In this document: piece by piece, positions 37,520 through 47,974 of the stretch
Position numbering within the stretch: position 1 is the first letter of the stretch
How the letters are laid out: each line of letters opens with the position of its first letter
NCBI GenBank assembly: GCA_963770895.1
Contig: CAVYRF010000001.1
Span: 1,248,001 to 1,312,000 of the forward strand
DNA: 64,000 nucleotides
Direction: 5' to 3'
Source of the DNA: an uncultured Acidobacteriota bacterium
GTDB lineage: Bacteria; Acidobacteriota; Thermoanaerobaculia; Multivoradales; UBA5704
Notes under the pieces: generated by a model
What the model saw: the letters and a program-made list of their open reading frames with translations, nothing else
What the model was told of the DNA's origin: nothing
Databases searched by the model: none
Position numbers and translations under genes: made by a program

Positions 37520-38803
37520 CTACAGCGCGCGCGGGCGGCTGGCGGCGCGGTTTTGGGCGACGCGCAGCTCCTGGCCTTCGACCAGGGAATCGGGGGGATT
37601 GTCGACCACCTGCTGGCCGGGGGTGAGGCCGGCGACGACTTCGACCTGGGTGCCGTAGTCGCGGCCGACGGTGATCGGCGTCATGTGGGCGCGACTGTCG
37701 GCGCCCAGGGTGGCGACGCGCAGCCCCTCGGATTGGAAAATGAGCGCGCTGACCGGCACCAGCAGGGTGGGGAAGTCGCGCGGCAGCGAGAGATGGACCT
37801 GGGTGTAGGCGCCGGGCAGCAGCTCGCCCGTGGTGTTGTTGACGTCCACTTCCGCCAGCAGGGTGCGGCTGGCGGCCGAGATCGAGTTGGAGTTGCGCAC
37901 CAGCTTGCCGTCGAAGTGCTTGCCGGGAATCTCGGCCAGCGTCAGGTAGGCGGTCATGCCGGGCAGCGCCGAGCGCGAATCGATCTGCGGCACGTTGACG
38001 TAGACGCGCAGCGTGTTGATGGCGGCCATGTGGAATAGCTCGTGCGCCGTGCCGGTGGCGCTGCCCGAATCGATCAGCTGGCCGACGTCGGTGTCGCGCG
38101 CGGTGATCACGCCGTCGAATGGCGCATAGATTTTTTCGAAGGACTGGAGCTGTGCGAGGCGCCGCACGTTGGCTTGCGACGAGTTGACCATGGTGGCCTT
38201 GGCCTTGGCGTCGGCGACCGCGTTGTCGGTATCCTGCTGCGACACCGAATTGGTCTTGATCAGCTCCAGGTACCGCTTGGCGGTGATCTGCGACAGCTCC
38301 AGGTTGGCCTGGGCGGTCGCCAGGTCGGCGCGCGCCTGGTCGAGCTGCTGGTCGGCTTCGGGCGTCTCGATCTCGGCCAGCAGCTGCCCCTTCTTGACCC
38401 GCGCGCCAATGTCGGCATACCACTTCTTGAGGTAGCCGTTGGTGCGCGCGTAGATCGGCGCGTCGCTGAACGCCTGGATGTTGCCGGGCAGGACGATCTC
38501 CTGCTGCGGCGCGCCCAGCTTGGGCACCATCACCGTCACGGTGGCGATCGCCTTTTCGCGCGTCTGCTGCGCCAGCTCGTGATCCGCGTGCATGCGCGGC
38601 ACGATGCCGGCGACCGCCAGCGAGATGACCAGCACGCCGCCGATCGACAACAGCAGCACGCTGCGCGTGCGCGAGCGGCCGGCGGGGGCCGCGGCGGCGT
38701 CCGGCGGCGGCGCCGGGATCGCGGCCGGATGGCTGGAGTCGACCGCCGGGTTTTGCCGGCCGTCGTGAGAATTCAGATGGCGATCGCCATCGTCAGGATT
38801 CAT
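37520..38803 (-). CDS. RND efflux membrane fusion protein
   Basis: Single TM, IYARTNGYL, APFDGVIT, LPGAY; start overlaps the RND stop. Confidence 0.92.
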   Translation of the reverse strand: MNPDDGDRHLNSHDGRQNPAVDSSHPAAIPAPPPDAAAAPAGRSRTRSVLLLSIGGVLVISLAVAGIVPRMHADHELAQQTREKAIATVTVMVPKLGAPQQEIVLPGNIQAFSDAPIYARTNGYLKKWYADIGARVKKGQLLAEIETPEADQQLDQARADLATAQANLELSQITAKRYLELIKTNSVSQQDTDNAVADAKAKATMVNSSQANVRRLAQLQSFEKIYAPFDGVITARDTDVGQLIDSGSATGTAHELFHMAAINTLRVYVNVPQIDSRSALPGMTAYLTLAEIPGKHFDGKLVRNSNSISAASRTLLAEVDVNNTTGELLPGAYTQVHLSLPRDFPTLLVPVSALIFQSEGLRVATLGADSRAHMTPITVGRDYGTQVEVVAGLTPGQQVVDNPPDSLVEGQELRVAQNRAASRPRAL

Positions 38804-41800
38804 CGAGCTTTCTCCTCGCGATGCATGAGACTGAAGAACGCTGGAACGAAGGTCAAGGTTGCAACGGTCGCCAGCAGCAGGCCGCCGATCACCGCGCGTC
38901 CCAGCGGCGCGTTCTGTTCGCCGCCGTCGCCCAGCCCCAGGGCCATCGGCACCATGCCGATGATCATCGCCAGGGCGGTCATCAGGACGGGGCGGAAGCG
39001 GGTGAAGCCGGCCGACAGCGCCGCCTGGGCGGCGGTCATGCCGGCGTCCATCTGTTCCTTGGCGAAGCTGACCACCAGGATGCTGTTGGCGGTGGCGACT
39101 CCCATGCACATGATCGAACCGGTCAGGGCCGGCACGCTGATCCGCGTCCAGGTCAGGAACAGGAACCAGACGATGCCGCAAAGGGCCGCCGGCAGCGCCG
39201 CGATGATGATGAACGGATCGAGCCAGGACTGGAAGTTGATGACGATCAGCAGGTACACCAGCACGATCGACAGCAGCAGGCCGCCGAGCAGCCCGATGTA
39301 GGACAGGCGCATGGTCTGGATCTGGCCGCGCACGATGATCTGCGAGCCGCGCGGCAGGCTCTTCTTGCCGGCGGCGACGATCCTGTCGATCTGCCTGGCG
39401 ACGGTGGCGAGCGCCGTGCCCTCGACCGCGCCGTAGATGTCGATCACCGGCTGGACGTCGTAGTGGCTGACCGTGCCCGGCTCGGCGCCGCGCACGACCG
39501 ACGCGACGTTGCCGAGAATCTGCGGCGCCGCGCCGGTGCTACCGGTGATCGGTATGTTTTCAAGATCCTGCACGCTGGTCAGCCGGTATTGCGGCGATTG
39601 CACGGTCAGGTTGTAGGTCACGGCCTGCGGGCTCAGCCAGTAGGTGGGCTGGGTCTGGCCGCTGCCCGAGAGCGCCACCAGGAGGTTGCCCGCCACGTCG
39701 TGCTGGGTATAGCCGACCTGCTGCGCCAGGGTGCGGTCCACGTTGACGGTCAGCTTGGGCTGATCGAACGGCTGGTGGATGCGCAGATCGGTGGTGCCGG
39801 GGATCTCTCGCACCTGGGCCAGCATTTTTTCGGCGAAGGCGCGATTGCCTGTCAGGTTGTTGCCGACGATCTGGATGTCGATCGGCGCCGGCAGGCCGAA
39901 GTTGAGGATCTGGCTGACGATGTCGGTCGGCAGGTAGTAGAAGGTGGTGCCGGGAAACTCTTGCAACAGGCGGGTGCGCACCTGGCGCATGTACCCGCCG
40001 GTGGGATGGTGGTCGGGCGTCAGCGTCACCAGGATGTCGGCGTCGCCGGGGCCGATCGGCGCCGAGTTGCTGTAGGAAAGGTTGAGGCCGCTGTAGGGCA
40101 CGCCGATGTTGTCCAGCACGGCCACGATTTCATTGGGCGGCACGACCGAGCGGATGGTCTTGCCGATCTCGGCGCAGAGGCGTGCGGTCTCTTCGATGCG
40201 CGTGCCGGTGCGCGCCCGCACGTGCAGCTTGAACTGCCCGCCGTCGACCGAGGGAAAGAAGTCTTCCCCCAGCCACGGATAGAGCACCGCGGCGGACAGC
40301 GCGCAGAACCCCAGGAACACCAGGATGAACACGCCGCGATGGGCGATGACGCCTTCCAGCATGCGGTGATAGCCCTCGCGCAGGCGCTCGAAGCGCCGCT
40401 CGAAGGCGAGCTGCAGGCGGATGAACGGATTGCGGCTCTGCGCCGCAGCCGCGGCGGCGGTGTGCGAATGCTCCTTGAGCAGGTACTTGGCCATCGTCGG
40501 CACCAGCGTGCGCGACAGGAAATACGACGCCAGCATGGCAAAGACCACGGCTTCGGCGAGCGGCACGAACAGGTAGCGCGCCACGCCCGACAGAAAGAAC
40601 ATCGGCACGAAGACGATGCAGATGGCAAGCGTCGACACGAACGCCGGCACCGCGATCTGCGACGCGCCGTCCAGGATGGCGCGCTCGATCTCCTTGCCCT
40701 GTTCGAGGTTGCGGTTGATGTTTTCGATCTCCACCGTGGCGTCGTCGACCAGGATGCCGACCGCCAGCGCCAGCCCGCCCAGGGTCATGATGTTGATCGT
40801 TTCGCCCAGCGCGCTCATGGTGATGAGCGACACCAGGATCGACAGCGGGATCGACACCGCGATGATCACGGTGCTGCGCCAGCTGCCCAGGAACAGCAGG
40901 ATCATGGCGGCCGTCAGGCAGGCGGCGATGACCGCTTCGCGCACCACGCCGTCGATGGCGCTGCGCACGAACACCGACTGGTCGGCCAGCGGCGTGATGT
41001 TGAGGTTCGACGGCAGGGTGGTGGCGATGGCCGGCAGGCGCTCGCGCACCCGCTTGATGATGTCGAGCGTGGACGCGGCGCCGGTCTTGAGGATGGTCAG
41101 CACCGAGGCGCGCTGGCCGTTGACCAGCACGATGTTGGTCTGCGGCGGAAAGCCGTCGCGCACGTGCGCCACGTCGTGGACGTAGATGGTGGCGTTGCCG
41201 ACGGTCTTGATCGGCAGGTCGTTGAGCTCCTGGATGGTGACCGGGCTGCTGTTGGTTTCGATTTGATATTCGAAAGTGCCGATCTTGGCGGTGCCGGCGG
41301 GCAGGATGATGTTCTGCAGGCTGAAGGCGTTGACCACGTCGTTGGGAGACAGGCCCTTGGCCTGCAGCGCGGCGCTGTCCAGGTCCACCTGGATCTGGCG
41401 CGTCTTGCCGCCGTAGGGGAACGGGATGGCGGCGCCCTGCACCGTTGCCAGCTGGGTGCGGATGAAGTTCACGCCGTAGTCGCTCAGCTGCTGCTCGGAC
41501 AGCCCCTGCCCCGACAGCGCCAGCTGCAGCACCGGCACGGTCGAGGCGTTGTAGGTGATGACCAGCGGCGGCGTCGTGCCCGGCGGCGCCGAGCGCAGCT
41601 GGGTCTGCGCGATCGCGGTCACCTGCGCGATCGCCGACGCGATGCTGACGTTGGGCTGAAAGAAAATCTTCACCACCGAGATGCCGGAGAGCGTTTGCGA
41701 TTCGATGTGCTCGATGTCGTTGACCGTGGTGGTCAGACCGCGTTCGAAGTTGGTGACGATGCGGTTGGTCAGCTGTTCCGGCGACAGCCCGGCATAGTTC

Positions 41801-41946
41801 CAGATGACGCTGACGACGGGAATGTTGATGTTGGGAAAGATGTCGGTCGGCGTGCGCCCGATCACGATGGGAGCCAGGATCAGCAGCAGCAGCGCCAGGA
41901 CCACGAAGGTATAAGGCCGGCGCAAGGCCAGGCGTACGATCCACAT
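38800..41946 (-). CDS. RND efflux permease (AcrB/CusA superfamily)
   Basis: GILVDDATVEIEN, RFRPVLMT, PLGRAVIGG; 1048 aa. Confidence 0.95.
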   Translation of the reverse strand: MWIVRLALRRPYTFVVLALLLLILAPIVIGRTPTDIFPNINIPVVSVIWNYAGLSPEQLTNRIVTNFERGLTTTVNDIEHIESQTLSGISVVKIFFQPNVSIASAIAQVTAIAQTQLRSAPPGTTPPLVITYNASTVPVLQLALSGQGLSEQQLSDYGVNFIRTQLATVQGAAIPFPYGGKTRQIQVDLDSAALQAKGLSPNDVVNAFSLQNIILPAGTAKIGTFEYQIETNSSPVTIQELNDLPIKTVGNATIYVHDVAHVRDGFPPQTNIVLVNGQRASVLTILKTGAASTLDIIKRVRERLPAIATTLPSNLNITPLADQSVFVRSAIDGVVREAVIAACLTAAMILLFLGSWRSTVIIAVSIPLSILVSLITMSALGETINIMTLGGLALAVGILVDDATVEIENINRNLEQGKEIERAILDGASQIAVPAFVSTLAICIVFVPMFFLSGVARYLFVPLAEAVVFAMLASYFLSRTLVPTMAKYLLKEHSHTAAAAAAQSRNPFIRLQLAFERRFERLREGYHRMLEGVIAHRGVFILVFLGFCALSAAVLYPWLGEDFFPSVDGGQFKLHVRARTGTRIEETARLCAEIGKTIRSVVPPNEIVAVLDNIGVPYSGLNLSYSNSAPIGPGDADILVTLTPDHHPTGGYMRQVRTRLLQEFPGTTFYYLPTDIVSQILNFGLPAPIDIQIVGNNLTGNRAFAEKMLAQVREIPGTTDLRIHQPFDQPKLTVNVDRTLAQQVGYTQHDVAGNLLVALSGSGQTQPTYWLSPQAVTYNLTVQSPQYRLTSVQDLENIPITGSTGAAPQILGNVASVVRGAEPGTVSHYDVQPVIDIYGAVEGTALATVARQIDRIVAAGKKSLPRGSQIIVRGQIQTMRLSYIGLLGGLLLSIVLVYLLIVINFQSWLDPFIIIAALPAALCGIVWFLFLTWTRISVPALTGSIMCMGVATANSILVVSFAKEQMDAGMTAAQAALSAGFTRFRPVLMTALAMIIGMVPMALGLGDGGEQNAPLGRAVIGGLLLATVATLTFVPAFFSLMHREEKAR

Positions 41947-42107
41947 GCCGCGCGTCTACTCCTTCGAGAGCCAACGATCAGGAGATAAGGTGTTCACGAT
42001 GGGTGTTTGGGGAAGGCCGGCGGTGCTCTGCGAACCCGCTCATCCTAACACGCCGCAACTCCGCGGCGGCGTGTTTTGGCAATTGGAACCCTTTGCTGTC
42101 TGGGGGG

Positions 42108-43025
42108 TTATAAAGCCGGGTGGATGTTCGCGATGTCCGCCGCCGGCGCGGCCTCCGCGGCCCCCGATCGGCTGCCTTCGGCGGCGGCGAACGTGGCCAG
42201 CGCGAGCGCCAGAATCCGCGCCCCCGCCAGCCGATACGCGCCCAGGTGATAAGCCGCCGGCACCACCAGGCAGCGGCCGCCGGCACGCCGTGCCAGGTCC
42301 GCGGTATCGGCGGCAAGCACGCCGGGGTCCTGCTCGCCGCTGACGTAGGCGACGGCGGCGGCGCCCAGGTGCGCGGCGTGGCGGCGCAGATCGAGAAAGC
42401 GATAGGCGCGCGGCAGCACGTGGCGTAGCGTCAGGTAGCCGGGGCGGCCGCGCGGCTCGGCCTTCCACGACCATTCGACCAGGTGCGGCGGCACGTCTTC
42501 GAAGACGGCGCCGGCGGCGAGGCGCATGCGGCTGAGCGCGAGCTGCACCCAGTAGCCGCCGCTGCTCACCCCCCACACGTGCAGCGGCAGCGCCGCGTCC
42601 AGGCGCTGGCGCAGGGCGCGCAGGCCCGCCGCCGCATCGCGATCGAGAAACCCCGCCGGCGGCGGCCCGCCGGGCAGGCCGGAAAAGTCGAGCGTCAGCA
42701 CGTGATAGCCGGCGGCGCGCAGGCTAGGCAGCCGCGACCCGCGGTGAAAGTACGCCTGGCCGACGCGCACCCACGGCGGCAGCAGCAGCACACCGCCGCG
42801 CGCCGGCGCGGTAGCCGGGTACCACGTGCCGGTCAGGATGCCGCCGCCCTCGTCGCGCGGCACCGGGACGTATTCCCAGGGTGCCAGCTCGGGCGCCGGC
42901 GGCAGGCCGGGCACGCGCTCAAGGCGCGGCGACAGAAACCGGAAGAGCCGGCTGGAGCAACGTTCCTCCCAGGCCGCGGGGCGGGGCGGTGCCCCCGAGC
43001 CACCGGCGGCGGATCCGAATCCCAT
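42108..43025 (-). CDS. Alpha/beta hydrolase-like protein; start uncertain
   Basis: GYHVLTLDF, nucleophile elbow WGVSSGG, SGEQD, late His. Confidence 0.65.
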   Translation of the reverse strand: MGFGSAAGGSGAPPRPAAWEERCSSRLFRFLSPRLERVPGLPPAPELAPWEYVPVPRDEGGGILTGTWYPATAPARGGVLLLPPWVRVGQAYFHRGSRLPSLRAAGYHVLTLDFSGLPGGPPPAGFLDRDAAAGLRALRQRLDAALPLHVWGVSSGGYWVQLALSRMRLAAGAVFEDVPPHLVEWSWKAEPRGRPGYLTLRHVLPRAYRFLDLRRHAAHLGAAAVAYVSGEQDPGVLAADTADLARRAGGRCLVVPAAYHLGAYRLAGARILALALATFAAAEGSRSGAAEAAPAADIANIHPAL

Positions 43026-43072
43026 GGCGGTCGAGAGCGGGCGAGGCGAGACCGGTGGCGTACGGCGTACCG

Positions 43073-43624
43073 CTAGGCTGACGGCAGCGATGCCGCCACC
43101 AGCTCGCGCAGCAGCCGCTGGCCCTCGTGCCATTCGCCCAGGCCGGTGGCGGCGTTGATGTGGCCGGCGGCGCCGATCGCGGCGAAGCGGCTGCCCCAGG
43201 CGTCGGCGAACAGGCGGGCGCGGTCCGGGCTGACGAACGGGTCGTCGTCGCTCGCCACCACCAGGCTGGGAATCCGCAGCCGTTCGAGCGGCATCGGCTG
43301 GAAGCCGGTCGTGCCGGGCGGGAAGGATGGGGCGTCGACGTCGCTCGGCGCCACCAGGAAGGCGCAGCGCGCCGGCCGGTTGCTGCGGCGGCTCCAGTGC
43401 GCCACCGTGACGCAGCCCAGGCTGTGGGCGACCAGCACCGCGCCGTCGCCGACCTCCGCCACCGCCGCGTCGAGCGTCGCCACCCAATCGTCGCAGCGCG
43501 GGGAGCTCCAATCGGCCTGGACCAGCCGCCGGCAGTGCGGATCGAGGCCCTCCCACACGCTTTGCCAGTGGGTAGGGCCGGAGTCGTAGAGACCCGGAAT
43601 GAGTACGAGGGTGCAGGGCTGCAC
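43073..43624 (-). CDS. RBBP9/YdeN-family serine hydrolase
   Basis: IPGL.DSGP.HWQ, AHSLG, S.DDPFV, GHIN. Confidence 0.9.
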   Translation of the reverse strand: MQPCTLVLIPGLYDSGPTHWQSVWEGLDPHCRRLVQADWSSPRCDDWVATLDAAVAEVGDGAVLVAHSLGCVTVAHWSRRSNRPARCAFLVAPSDVDAPSFPPGTTGFQPMPLERLRIPSLVVASDDDPFVSPDRARLFADAWGSRFAAIGAAGHINAATGLGEWHEGQRLLRELVAASLPSA

Positions 43625-43863
43625 GGTGGCCGCGTCCTCCCGAGGACGGTACCTATTGTTGCACGCCGCGTGCCGCGGCGCGACAGCCCGCCGCGCCCAT
43701 GGCACGACGCGGCGCAAGCGATGTCGCAATCGCGCCTTCACGGGTATAATCCGCCCTTCGATCGACTGTGGGTGTTGGCGTTGGGGGCTGTCCCGCGGCC
43801 TGGCTGCAGATGCGTGGCCGCCGCGCCGAGGAGGAGGAATTGCTGCGGGAGCGCGCGCCAGGC

Positions 43864-46800
43864 ATGGCGGCGGCCGTCTGCTGCCTTGTCGTGGCCCTTG
43901 CCCTTGCCGGCGCGGCGGCCGGGCGCGCGGCGTGCGGGCCGCGCGAGGAGCCGCCCAAGCCACCTGCGCCGGCGCCAGGCAGGGCGCTGCCGCGCGGCGA
44001 CGGCGCCCTGCACGGCCTGGCCGCCGGCGGCGACGACGTCTACGACGTCGACGTGCCGGCCGGCCAGGTGCTGTACGCCACCTTCAGACAGCTCGGCATC
44101 GACCTGTACGTCGACGTCTACGCTCCCGACGGGAAGCTGCTGTACACCGCCGACAACCTGCGCGGCGCCAAGGGCCTGGAGGAGGTGGTCGTGGTCGCCC
44201 CGCGGGCAGGCCGCTATCGCCTGGAGGTCAGGGCCTGCCTGGGGGTGCCCGGCGGACGGTACGTGGCGCGCCTTGCCGACCTGCGCCCGGCCAGCGCCGC
44301 CGACCGCCTGCGGGCCGCCGCCGAAAGCCTGATCGCGCAGGCGGTCGATTGGCCGCTCGCCCCGCGGACGCCGGCCAGGGACGCGGGCGCCGCCCTGCTG
44401 CGTGCCTGTGCGCTTTTCCATCAGGTCGGGGCGCGGCGCCGCGAGGCCGAAGGCTGGTACCGCCTGGGCAGGAAGCAGTTCGGCGCCCATGCCTATGCAG
44501 ACGCAATCGCGTCGTTCAACCAGGCAAATCCTCTCTACCGGGCGGTGGGCGACCGCGCCTTCGTCGCCAGCTCCTACAGCTGGATCGGCAGCTGCCACTA
44601 CGCGCTGGAGCAGCGGGAGCTGGCGCGCCGGTTCTACGCGTTGTCACTGGCGGAGTGGGCGACGCAGCCGCCCGGCGAAGGGCGCGCCAGGACGCTGGTC
44701 AGCCTGGGCAAGGTGCACGTCGACGCCGGCGAATGGACCGCGGCGCTGCGCTGCTACGCCGAGGCGATCGCCCTGCTGAGCCAGGTCGCGTCGCCCGACC
44801 GCGCCGAGGAGGCGCGGGCGAACACCCAGGTCAGCGCGATCTACCGCGCCCTCGGAGATTGGGACGATGCCCTGGCGGCGGCGCGTCGCGCCAGCACGTT
44901 GTGCGCCGCCGCTCCCTCCTGCCAGCAGGCCGCGGTGTGGAACGAGACGGCGCGGATCTACATCGACCTGGGCCAGCCCGGCGTCGCCGTCCCCTATTGC
45001 CTGCGCGCCCTGGAAACCGGGGACCCGGAGGAGCAGGCGGGCGCCCACACCGACCTGGGCGTCTGCTACCGCCGCCTGGGTTTCAGCGATCGCGCACTGG
45101 GGCAATACCTCACCGCGATCCAGATCTATCGACGGCTCCGCAAGAGACGCCTGGAAGCCATCGCCTGGCTCGATCTGGCGAGCCTTTTCCGCCGCACCGG
45201 ACAGCCGCGCAAAGCTGCCCACTGTTTCGCCAAGGCGCAGCAGCTGGCGCACGACACCACCAGCCGTCGCACCGAGGGGTTGGCCATGCTCGGCGCCGGT
45301 CTCGCCGCCCGCGACCTGGGCAACCTGCAGGAAGCCCTGGCCCACGGCAAGGAGGCGCTGCCCAACGTCGAGGCGCTGCGCGGCGGCGTGCAGCGGTCCG
45401 ACCTGCGCGATACCTTCCAGGCGCGCAGCGGCGACGCCTATGACTTTCTGATCGGCGTGCTCATGCAGCTGCACCTGACGGATCCCGGCCGCCGTTACGA
45501 CGTGCAGGCGCTGCAATATTGTGAGCAGTCGCGCAGCCGCACCCTGCTCGACCTGCTGTCCGTGCGGCAGGCGCCGGCCGCGGCGACGGCCCCCGATGCG
45601 GCGACGCTGGCGGCGTTCCAGAGCGTGGCGGCGGCGATCGCGGACAGCGACCGCGAGCTGCAGACGCCGGCGGCGTCGCCGGCGCGCCGCCGCTTCCTCA
45701 AGGAGCGGCTCGACGACCTGCTGGGAGAGGCCGCGGTCCTGGCGTTGCGTCTGCACGGCGCCACGGCTTCGCTGCCGTCGACGCCACCCTCCCCGCGATC
45801 GATCACCGATCTGCAGCACGGCCTGATCGATGCCGGCACCTTGCTGCTCGAATATCACGTGGGCGCGACGAAAAGCTTTCTGTGGGTGGTGAGCGATCGT
45901 GCGGTCAGCAGTTTCGAGCTGCCGGGACGCGACCGATTGGAGCCGCTGGCGCGCGCCGCGTACGGCCAGCTGGCGGGGGCGCGGCCGGCGACCGACATGG
46001 AGCGCGGCGAAGACCCGGTGGCACGTCTCAGCCAGATCCTGTTGGGGCAGGTCGCCGGCCGTCTGGGCAGCCAGCGCCTGGTCGTGGTCGCCGACGGCGT
46101 GCTGCAGTACATCCCTTTCGCGGCGCTGCCGGACCCCGACCCCCGCGGCGGCGGGCAGCTGCTGGTGGTCGAGCACGAGATCGATTACGCACCGTCGCTG
46201 GCGGTCGTGGCCGCGCTGCGGCGCGCGCCGCCGCCGCCGCTATCCACGGCTGCGGCCGCGGCCGCAGGGCCCGCCGGCACCGCGGGCTCAACGTCGAAGT
46301 CGATCGCGGTCGTCGCCGACCCGGTCTTCGCACCCGACGATCCGCGGCTGCGCCTCAAGGTGCCGCGCCAGACGCTGGCGGCGCTCGATCCGCGCCTCAC
46401 GATCCTGCAGCGCCTGCCGCGCACCCGTGACGAAGCCGGCGTGATCGCCTCCCTTGCCGGGCCGCGCCAGGTCTTCGCGGCGCTCGATTTCGACGCCAAC
46501 GCCAAGCTGGTGACCGGCGGCGGCCTGGCCGGCTGCCGCATCCTCCATGTCGCGACGCACGGCATCCTCCGTACCGACAAGCCAGGCCTGTCGGCGCTCG
46601 CCTTGTCCCAGCTCGACATGCAGGGACAGCCGCTGGACGGCTTCCTGTATGCCTTTCAGGTCGCCGCCTGCGACCTGCCCGCCGACCTGGTGGTGCTCAG
46701 CGGTTGTAAGACGGCCCTGGGCAAGGAGCTGGGCGGCGAGATGGTCGGCCTGCCGCGCGGTTTCCTCTGCGCCGGCGCCCGGCGGGTGCTGGTCAGCCTG

Positions 46801-46980
46801 TGGGACCTGGGCGACAGCTCCGCCGCCGAGCTGATGGGCGATTTCTATCGCGGCCTGCTCCGCGACCACCTGGCGCCGGGGGCGGCCCTGCACCGGGCGC
46901 AACTGGCGATGTTGCGGCGCGAGCCGTGGCGGCCGCCCTTTCGCTGGGCCTCTTTCCTGCTCGAAGGCGACTGGCGCTGA
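43864..46980 (+). CDS. Exported TPR-CHAT protease with PPC-like N-terminal domain; start uncertain (43768-43864)
   Basis: Hydrophobic signal, QLGIDL...PDG beta domain, TPR array, catalytic HVATHG and LSGCKT; TATAAT at 43745. Confidence 0.9.
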   Translation: MAAAVCCLVVALALAGAAAGRAACGPREEPPKPPAPAPGRALPRGDGALHGLAAGGDDVYDVDVPAGQVLYATFRQLGIDLYVDVYAPDGKLLYTADNLRGAKGLEEVVVVAPRAGRYRLEVRACLGVPGGRYVARLADLRPASAADRLRAAAESLIAQAVDWPLAPRTPARDAGAALLRACALFHQVGARRREAEGWYRLGRKQFGAHAYADAIASFNQANPLYRAVGDRAFVASSYSWIGSCHYALEQRELARRFYALSLAEWATQPPGEGRARTLVSLGKVHVDAGEWTAALRCYAEAIALLSQVASPDRAEEARANTQVSAIYRALGDWDDALAAARRASTLCAAAPSCQQAAVWNETARIYIDLGQPGVAVPYCLRALETGDPEEQAGAHTDLGVCYRRLGFSDRALGQYLTAIQIYRRLRKRRLEAIAWLDLASLFRRTGQPRKAAHCFAKAQQLAHDTTSRRTEGLAMLGAGLAARDLGNLQEALAHGKEALPNVEALRGGVQRSDLRDTFQARSGDAYDFLIGVLMQLHLTDPGRRYDVQALQYCEQSRSRTLLDLLSVRQAPAAATAPDAATLAAFQSVAAAIADSDRELQTPAASPARRRFLKERLDDLLGEAAVLALRLHGATASLPSTPPSPRSITDLQHGLIDAGTLLLEYHVGATKSFLWVVSDRAVSSFELPGRDRLEPLARAAYGQLAGARPATDMERGEDPVARLSQILLGQVAGRLGSQRLVVVADGVLQYIPFAALPDPDPRGGGQLLVVEHEIDYAPSLAVVAALRRAPPPPLSTAAAAAAGPAGTAGSTSKSIAVVADPVFAPDDPRLRLKVPRQTLAALDPRLTILQRLPRTRDEAGVIASLAGPRQVFAALDFDANAKLVTGGGLAGCRILHVATHGILRTDKPGLSALALSQLDMQGQPLDGFLYAFQVAACDLPADLVVLSGCKTALGKELGGEMVGLPRGFLCAGARRVLVSLWDLGDSSAAELMGDFYRGLLRDHLAPGAALHRAQLAMLRREPWRPPFRWASFLLEGDWR

Positions 46981-47186
46981 CCCGGCGCCCGGCCTGACCG
47001 CGCGGCCGCCAGCCTGATCGCGCGGTTGCCCCTCCCTGCCCGCCGGCGCGGCTAAACAAACCCCTGGCGCGCGTGTCTCAGCCTGGCGTTACCGGCGCAG
47101 GAGACGGCCTGGCAACCGGCGGTTCCGCAGGCAGGCGACGGAACCGATTCCTGCGCATTATCAACCCACTCTGAGAGGAGGGAGTC

Positions 47187-47354
47187 ATGTCCAAGAAGGT
47201 GGAGCAGAAGCCTGAGGCACCGGCGCGCCAGGACGGCGAGGACGTGAACCGCAAGGTCCTGACTGTACCGGCAGGCGTCAGGGGCAGCGACACCGGTCCC
47301 AATGGCTCTCCAGGGACGGATCCCAGCGAAGATCCGCCGTCGCGGGGCATGTGA
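47187..47354 (+). CDS. 55-aa small peptide, below the ORF-track cutoff
   Basis: Strong RBS GAGGAGGGAG; MSKKVEQKPEAPARQDGEDVNRKVLTVPAGVRGSDTGPNGSPGTDPSEDPPSRGM*. Confidence 0.65.
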   Translation: MSKKVEQKPEAPARQDGEDVNRKVLTVPAGVRGSDTGPNGSPGTDPSEDPPSRGM

Positions 47355-47415
47355 GGTCCGCGGCGCACCCACGCGTTGCTGATCGGGCAGGACGACAAGG
47401 CAGGTAACGGCGGCG

Positions 47416-47952
47416 ATGGCGGCGATGGTGGCGAGAGTGACGGCAGCCTTGGTGCGGGGGCGGGGGGAAAGGTTGTCGGAGTGCTCCCATCGCCGCCGCG
47501 CCGCGGTCGCCTGCCTTGTCCGGGCCGTGGTGGTCGCGGTGGCGCTCTTCGCCCTGTCGAGCGGGTCCCTGGGCTGCGGCCGCGCCAGGAGGGGATCGTC
47601 GTTCGACCAGATCCGCAAGCTGGTGGTGGGCACGACCGAGGCCGAGGTGGAGACGCGCCTGGGGGCGCCCAACCAGTGCCGGCCATGGCTGGACGACAGC
47701 CAGGTGTGTGTCTGGCAGGCCTGCACGTTTCTGGATGGCCCGCAATACCCTGCCGCGATGCAGCACCAGGTGGTAAACCTGGCGATCACCTTCAAGCGCC
47801 CACCCGCGACCGCCGCCGGACCGCCGCCGTCGCTCGCGGTGTGGCGGGTGGCCGACCCGTTCGCGGTCAACTATTCGCTGCTGCCGGTCAGCGAATCCGC
47901 CGTCCCCGCCCCCGGCGGCCTGGGCGGCGACTTTGCCGCAGTGCTGCCCTGA
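47416..47952 (+). CDS. Putative lipoprotein with SmpA/BamE-like motif
   Basis: Hydrophobic stretch plus SLGC lipobox; GTTEAEVETRLGAP. Confidence 0.55.
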   Translation: MAAMVARVTAALVRGRGERLSECSHRRRAAVACLVRAVVVAVALFALSSGSLGCGRARRGSSFDQIRKLVVGTTEAEVETRLGAPNQCRPWLDDSQVCVWQACTFLDGPQYPAAMQHQVVNLAITFKRPPATAAGPPPSLAVWRVADPFAVNYSLLPVSESAVPAPGGLGGDFAAVLP

Positions 47953-47974
47953 TCCTTGCGGCCCGCGGCCGCCT

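Noticed and set aside
38821-41988. Long antisense or alternative-frame ORFs (also 6604..9273, 26834..28870, 61199..63946)
   Set aside because: Shadow ORFs caused by high GC3 opposite well-supported genes.
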